Assembly: GCF_000195975.1 (NCBI RefSeq)
Contig: NC_005070.1
Span: forward strand, 120,001 to 152,000
DNA: 32,000 bases
Direction: 5' to 3'
Source: Parasynechococcus marenigrum WH 8102
GTDB taxonomy: Bacteria; Cyanobacteriota; Cyanobacteriia; PCC-6307; Cyanobiaceae
This document shows positions 27,989 through 32,000 of the stretch, piece after piece. A model generated the notes under the pieces. The model saw only the letters and a list, made by a program, of their open reading frames with translations, did no database searches and was not told the origin of the DNA. Made by a program: the position numbers and the translations under genes. The first letter of the stretch is position 1. The number at the start of each line of letters is the position of its first letter.

Positions 27989-28315
27989 ATGACCCAGCTT
28001 CACGACCTCCGACTGCGCCTTCTTGTGCAGCAGGAAAGCGAGCGCATTGCAGACACCCAGCCCACAGATCTCGATCTCTCTGTGGTGCAGGCCCGATGCC
28101 TGTGCTGGCTTGCATTGCTGGCTGAGGCCCATGAGGATCAAGCGAGCGATGCCGAGCGTCGTGGTGATACGGAACAGGCCATGGGCTGGTTTGCGGATTC
28201 GATGCGACTACGGGATGTGATTGGCGTTGTGTCGTCGATTGAGATTCCCCTGCCAGGCACCATCGAGGACGACGACAAGGGTGCAGAGGGCGAGCACGGA
28301 CCCCTGGCTGCTTGA
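27989..28315 (+). CDS. hypothetical protein (108 aa)
   Basis: Track ORF 27980..28315 trimmed to the ATG at codon 4, which has GGGAG upstream. Third-position GC is similar to neighbours. The overlapping minus-strand ORF is R/P/S-rich and looks out of frame. I recognise no family. Confidence 0.4.
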   Translation: MTQLHDLRLRLLVQQESERIADTQPTDLDLSVVQARCLCWLALLAEAHEDQASDAERRGDTEQAMGWFADSMRLRDVIGVVSSIEIPLPGTIEDDDKGAEGEHGPLAA

Positions 28316-28352
28316 TGGGTGGCATAGTGTGAGATGAGATCGAGGGACTGCG

Positions 28353-28817
28353 GTGCCGGAAGAGCCCTGTCAATGCCCGGACTGTCAACGGTTTTACCGG
28401 GAGCATGACCGGCTGATCCGCGAGTTCCCCACCCTGCGTCAGCAGCAGGAGTTGAACTGGGCTGCTCTCCAGTCCTTCCGGACTCTGTCTGGACGTGTTC
28501 TGGAAGATCTGCAGAAACAGCAGAGTGCTCGTCAGCAGCAGGATCAGGCTGCGGCCAATGCCAGGGGTCCGGCAGCTTCAGCGGAAGAGTCCAGTGATGG
28601 TCTTCAACAGGCCATGGCGGATCTGGAGAACATCAACGCCCACCTGTTTTCAATCGAAGCTCTGATGGAGCGCGTGTTTGATGTGCGTGTTCCTGAAGAG
28701 ATCGAACAGAAGTTCCGTGAACTTGCCGGTGAGCTTGCTCCCGATCCACTTAACGTTGATCGTCTGCGGTTGAACCGCCTGCTGCACCAGACTCCGGACT
28801 TACCCGACCGCAGCTGA
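28353..28817 (+). CDS. hypothetical protein (154 aa) with N-terminal CxCxxC and a Gln-rich helical region
   Basis: GTG-initiated ORF (MPEEPCQCPDCQRFYREHDRL...). I recognise no family. Its 3' end overlaps the convergent ackA 3' end by 18 nt. Confidence 0.5.
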   Translation: MPEEPCQCPDCQRFYREHDRLIREFPTLRQQQELNWAALQSFRTLSGRVLEDLQKQQSARQQQDQAAANARGPAASAEESSDGLQQAMADLENINAHLFSIEALMERVFDVRVPEEIEQKFRELAGELAPDPLNVDRLRLNRLLHQTPDLPDRS

Positions 28818-29876
28818 AGCAGGCGTCTCGCTGTGTCGCTGACAGAGGCGAGCAATCATGCCCTCCTCATCTTCTGGGATCACAACGGTCAAAAAATCCC
28901 CCCACCAGGACAAGGCTTTCTCCAGCTCTAGCTTGAGCTGTTTGTCGTGCTCGCCGATTCCACCGGTTAGCGCCAGCACGTCGACACCGCCGAGGCTCGC
29001 TGCCATCGCCCCAAGCAGCTGCAGCAGCCTGTGCCGAAACACATCCAAAGCTCGAATGGCCCCGTTGTGACCGTTTGCAGCAGCTTCGCGAATGGTTCGC
29101 ATGTCACCGCTGAGGCCGGACAGTCCCTTTAGGCCTGATTCCTTTTGCAGAATCGTGGCGATCTGGTCTTCGCTGTAGCCCTCCCGCATCAGTTCGAGCA
29201 GGAGTCCGGGGTCGACGTTGCCGGATCGGGTGGCCATCACCAGCCCTTCCAGGGGGGTAAATCCCATGGTGGTGTCGATGCAACGCCCCCCTTTGACCGC
29301 TGCCAGCGAGGCCCCTGCTCCGAGGTGAGCGCTGATCAGCCGCAGCTGTGATGGATTCTTGCCCTGTTTACGACATTGAGCAGCGACTGTTTCCGAGACG
29401 TGCTGATGGTTGATCCCGTGGAAACTGAAGCGACGGAAGCCCTTGTTCCTGAACTCGCTTGGTATGGCATAGGTATGAGCAGCAGCAGGCAGGCTGCTGT
29501 GGAAGGCGGTGTCGAAACAAGCCCACTGCGGCAGCTCCGGGGCCCAGTGACGGGCCCAGGCCAATCCCTTCAACGCCGGTGGATTGTGCAGCGGCGCCAG
29601 AGGTATCAGCTCCGCCAGGGTGGCTTCCACCTCCGGTGTGATCCGGGTGGGGGCAGTGAAGCGCTCGCCGCCATGCACCACGCGATGACCAATCAGGGAT
29701 ACCTGCTGACGATGGGGTTCAAGAGCCGGGGCTAGCCAGCTGTTCAGCACTGTTTCGAGGGATTCATCCGCAGCCACACTGCGGCTCCTGTGCCAGGGCG
29801 TAGCCCCGGTGGAATCCACCAGGGCCGCCTTGAGGCTGGAACTGCCGAGGTTGATGACCAGCGACAGATCGCTAAT
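28800..29876 (-). CDS. ackA: acetate kinase (start codon non-canonical or uncertain)
   Basis: Track ORF 28800..29819 has acetate kinase blocks (HRVVHGGERF, PLAPLHNP, ISAHLGAGASLAAVKGG, DTTMGFTPLEGLVMATRSGNVDPG, FTGGIGEH-like LTGGIGEHD). The 19 in-frame codons upstream read ISDLSLVINLGSSSLKAAL, which is the N-terminal ASKHA phosphate-binding motif. I therefore extend the gene to ATT 29876..29874. CTG at 29879 is the alternative. Confidence 0.85.
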   Translation of the reverse strand: MSDLSLVINLGSSSLKAALVDSTGATPWHRSRSVAADESLETVLNSWLAPALEPHRQQVSLIGHRVVHGGERFTAPTRITPEVEATLAELIPLAPLHNPPALKGLAWARHWAPELPQWACFDTAFHSSLPAAAHTYAIPSEFRNKGFRRFSFHGINHQHVSETVAAQCRKQGKNPSQLRLISAHLGAGASLAAVKGGRCIDTTMGFTPLEGLVMATRSGNVDPGLLLELMREGYSEDQIATILQKESGLKGLSGLSGDMRTIREAAANGHNGAIRALDVFRHRLLQLLGAMAASLGGVDVLALTGGIGEHDKQLKLELEKALSWWGDFLTVVIPEDEEGMIARLCQRHSETPASAAVG

Positions 29877-32000
29877 CAGCGGACATCGCAGGTGATGTCG
29901 ACGTTGAGGGGACCGACGTTCCAGATGTTCTCGCAGTATTCGCCGATGGATCGGTCAGAGGAGAAGAACCCAGTGCGGGCGGTGTTCAGCAGCGACATGC
30001 GGTTCCAGTGCATGCGATCGGTCCAGGCGAGGCTGACGGCCTCCTGGGCCCGCAGGTAGTCGGCGAAGTCAGCCATCACGAAGAACGGATCGTGACCGGT
30101 GAGGTTGTCCAGCAGCGGACGGAACAGTTCGCTGTCGCCATTGCTGAAGTGGCCCATCTCGATCAAGCGCAGTGCTTCCTGCAGCTCTGGCATGGCGTTG
30201 ATGAATGCGCCGGGGTTGTAGCCGCTTCGCTTGAGATCGTTGATCTCCTCCACGGTCTTGCCGAACAGGAAGAAGTTCTCCGCTCCCACCAGCTCGCGGA
30301 TCTCCACGTTGGCCCCATCCAGCGTCCCGATGGTGAGGGCGCCGTTCATGGCGAACTTCATGTTGCCGGTGCCGGAAGCTTCTTTGCCGGCGGTGGAGAT
30401 CTGCTCGGAGAGGTCGGAGGCGGGGTAGACCTGCTCGCCGAGCTTCACGTTGTAATCCGGGAGGAACACCACCCGCAGGCGGCCGTCCATATCGGGGTCG
30501 GCGTTGACGGTCTCGGCGATGCCGTTGATGAAGCGGATGATCAGTTTGGCCATGTAGTAGCCGGGAGCTGCCTTGCCGCCGAAGATCACGGTGCGGGGTG
30601 CCATGCCGTCGGCCTGGCCGTTCTTGATCCGCAGGTACTGGGTGATCACCTGCAGCACGTTGAGGTGCTGGCGCTTGTACTCGTGGATGCGCTTCACCTG
30701 CACGTCGAACAATGTGGAGGGATCCACCAGCACACCGGTGTTGCGATGGATGTAGCTGGCCAGCTTGCGCTTCACGGACAGCTTGGTGTTGCCCCAGTGC
30801 TCAAGGAAGCCCTGGTCGTTCTGGCGTTCCTCCAGCTTGCGCAGGTTCTCCATGTTGGAGATCCAGTCCTCGCCGATGTGCTCGTTGAGCAGGGTGGACA
30901 GCTCGGGGTTGGCCAGGGCCACCCAGCGACGGGGGGTGACGCCGTTGGTCACGTTGGTGAACTTCTCGGGCCAGAGTTCAGCAAATTCCGGCAGCAGGTC
31001 GGTCTTGACCAGATCGGAGTGCAGCGCCGCCACGCCATTCACGTGGTGGGCACCGATGGTGGCCAGGTGGGCCATGCGCACAGCCTTGCTGCCGTCTTCA
31101 TCGATGATCGACAGCTTGCGCTGGATGGCGTCGTTGCCGGGGTAACGCAGACGCAGCTGCTGGAGGAACCGACGGTTGATCTCGTAGATCAGCTCCAGGT
31201 GGCGGGGCAGCAGGCTGCTGAACAAATTCAGATCCCACTTTTCCAGGGCCTCCGGCAGAAGGGTGTGGTTGGTGTAAGCGACGGAACGGGAGGTGATGTC
31301 CCAGGCCTTGTCCCAATCCATGTGGCGGTCGTCGATCAGCAGACGCATTAGCTCCGCCACGGCGATGGCGGGGTGGGTGTCGTTGAGCTGAACGGTCCAG
31401 TACTTGGGGAAGTCCTCAACGGGTAATCCGCGATTGTCGAGGCTGCGCAGCATGTCCTGCAGGGAGCAGCTCACGAAGAAGTGCTGCTGCTTCAGACGCA
31501 GACGGCGACCTTCGTCAGTGCCGTCGTTGGGGTACAGCACCTTGGAGAGGGTTTCGCTGCCCACCTTCTCCTCAACGGCGCCGTAGTAGTCGCCGATGTT
31601 GAAGGCATAGAAGTCGAAACTTTCGGTGGCATCGGCGCGCCAGAGGCGCAGCCGATCGCAGATGTTGACGCGATAGCCCAGCACGGGGACGTCATGGGGG
31701 ATGCCGATGGCGTGCTCGGCGGGAATCCAGCGGGAGCGGTAGCTGCCCTTGTCATCGATGTAGCTCTCGGTGCGTCCACCGAAGCCAACGAAGCAGGCTT
31801 CATCAGGCTGGGGCAGTTCCCAGGGCCAGCCGCCCTTCAGCCACTTGTCGGTGATCTCCACCTGCCAGCCATCGCGGATCAGCTGGTCGAAGATGCCGAA
31901 CTCGTAGCGGATTCCATAGCCCGTAGCGGGGATTTTCAAGCTGGCGAGGGACTCCATGTAGCAGGCCGCCAGGCGTCCCAAACCACCGTTGCCGAGGCCC
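29876..32000 (-). CDS. glgP: glycogen (alpha-glucan) phosphorylase, N-terminus outside the window
   Basis: More than 700 aa with the PLP-lysine motif EASGTGNMKFAMNGALTIGTLDGANVE. The frame stays open to the right edge (...GLGNGGLGRLAACYMESLASL), so the track Met at 31981 is internal. Confidence 0.95.
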   Translation of the reverse strand, partial: GLGNGGLGRLAACYMESLASLKIPATGYGIRYEFGIFDQLIRDGWQVEITDKWLKGGWPWELPQPDEACFVGFGGRTESYIDDKGSYRSRWIPAEHAIGIPHDVPVLGYRVNICDRLRLWRADATESFDFYAFNIGDYYGAVEEKVGSETLSKVLYPNDGTDEGRRLRLKQQHFFVSCSLQDMLRSLDNRGLPVEDFPKYWTVQLNDTHPAIAVAELMRLLIDDRHMDWDKAWDITSRSVAYTNHTLLPEALEKWDLNLFSSLLPRHLELIYEINRRFLQQLRLRYPGNDAIQRKLSIIDEDGSKAVRMAHLATIGAHHVNGVAALHSDLVKTDLLPEFAELWPEKFTNVTNGVTPRRWVALANPELSTLLNEHIGEDWISNMENLRKLEERQNDQGFLEHWGNTKLSVKRKLASYIHRNTGVLVDPSTLFDVQVKRIHEYKRQHLNVLQVITQYLRIKNGQADGMAPRTVIFGGKAAPGYYMAKLIIRFINGIAETVNADPDMDGRLRVVFLPDYNVKLGEQVYPASDLSEQISTAGKEASGTGNMKFAMNGALTIGTLDGANVEIRELVGAENFFLFGKTVEEINDLKRSGYNPGAFINAMPELQEALRLIEMGHFSNGDSELFRPLLDNLTGHDPFFVMADFADYLRAQEAVSLAWTDRMHWNRMSLLNTARTGFFSSDRSIGEYCENIWNVGPLNVDITCDVR

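Noticed and set aside
29817-29819. GTG 29819 (the ORF-track start) as the true acetate kinase start.
   Set aside because: It would delete the in-frame, perfectly conserved LVINLGSSSLK phosphate-binding motif encoded just upstream. See the ackA finding.

Overview
This is a GC-rich, very gene-dense chromosomal segment. Gene content and order point to a marine picocyanobacterium of the Synechococcus/Cyanobium type: psaC, ndhS, an rpaB-like regulator, thiC behind a TPP riboswitch, acpP-fabF-tkt, and a cyanobacterial-type RNase P RNA. That assignment is inference, since no search could be run. I call 34 protein-coding genes (two run off the window edges), 1 disrupted gene (corA), RNase P RNA, one tRNA-Arg(CCT), one TPP riboswitch and three intrinsic terminators. 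From left to right the window holds: ssb (edge), mreBCD plus an orphan sugar-binding lipoprotein, rpaB, lysS, three small unknown ORFs, egtB-egtD (ergothioneine), a membrane-anchored unknown, smpB, ruvB, a TPR protein, an M20 amidohydrolase, a HEAT-repeat protein, the TPP riboswitch with thiC, tkt-fabF-acpP, psaC, glmS, corA (in-frame stop), manC, rimM, ndhS plus a Kv-type K+ channel, rnc, rnpB, tRNA-Arg, two orphan ORFs, ackA and glgP (edge). I found no transposase, integrase, CRISPR array, restriction-modification, toxin-antitoxin or other recognisable mobile or defence content. I cannot honestly point to a clear novel multi-gene system. The things worth a second look are local anomalies: corA split by one in-frame TGA; ackA with no canonical start codon, abutting the glgP stop as TGATT; the rnc start codon 12 nt after the RNase P RNA 3' helix; two translationally coupled coiled-coil ORFs behind egtBD; an ndhS/K+ channel two-gene unit; the glmS ATG abutting the psaC terminator U-tract; and several convergent gene ends that overlap without terminators. 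CDS coordinates are anchored on the supplied ORF track, with internal starts derived by codon counting. Coordinates of RNA and terminator features may be off by 1-2 nt.
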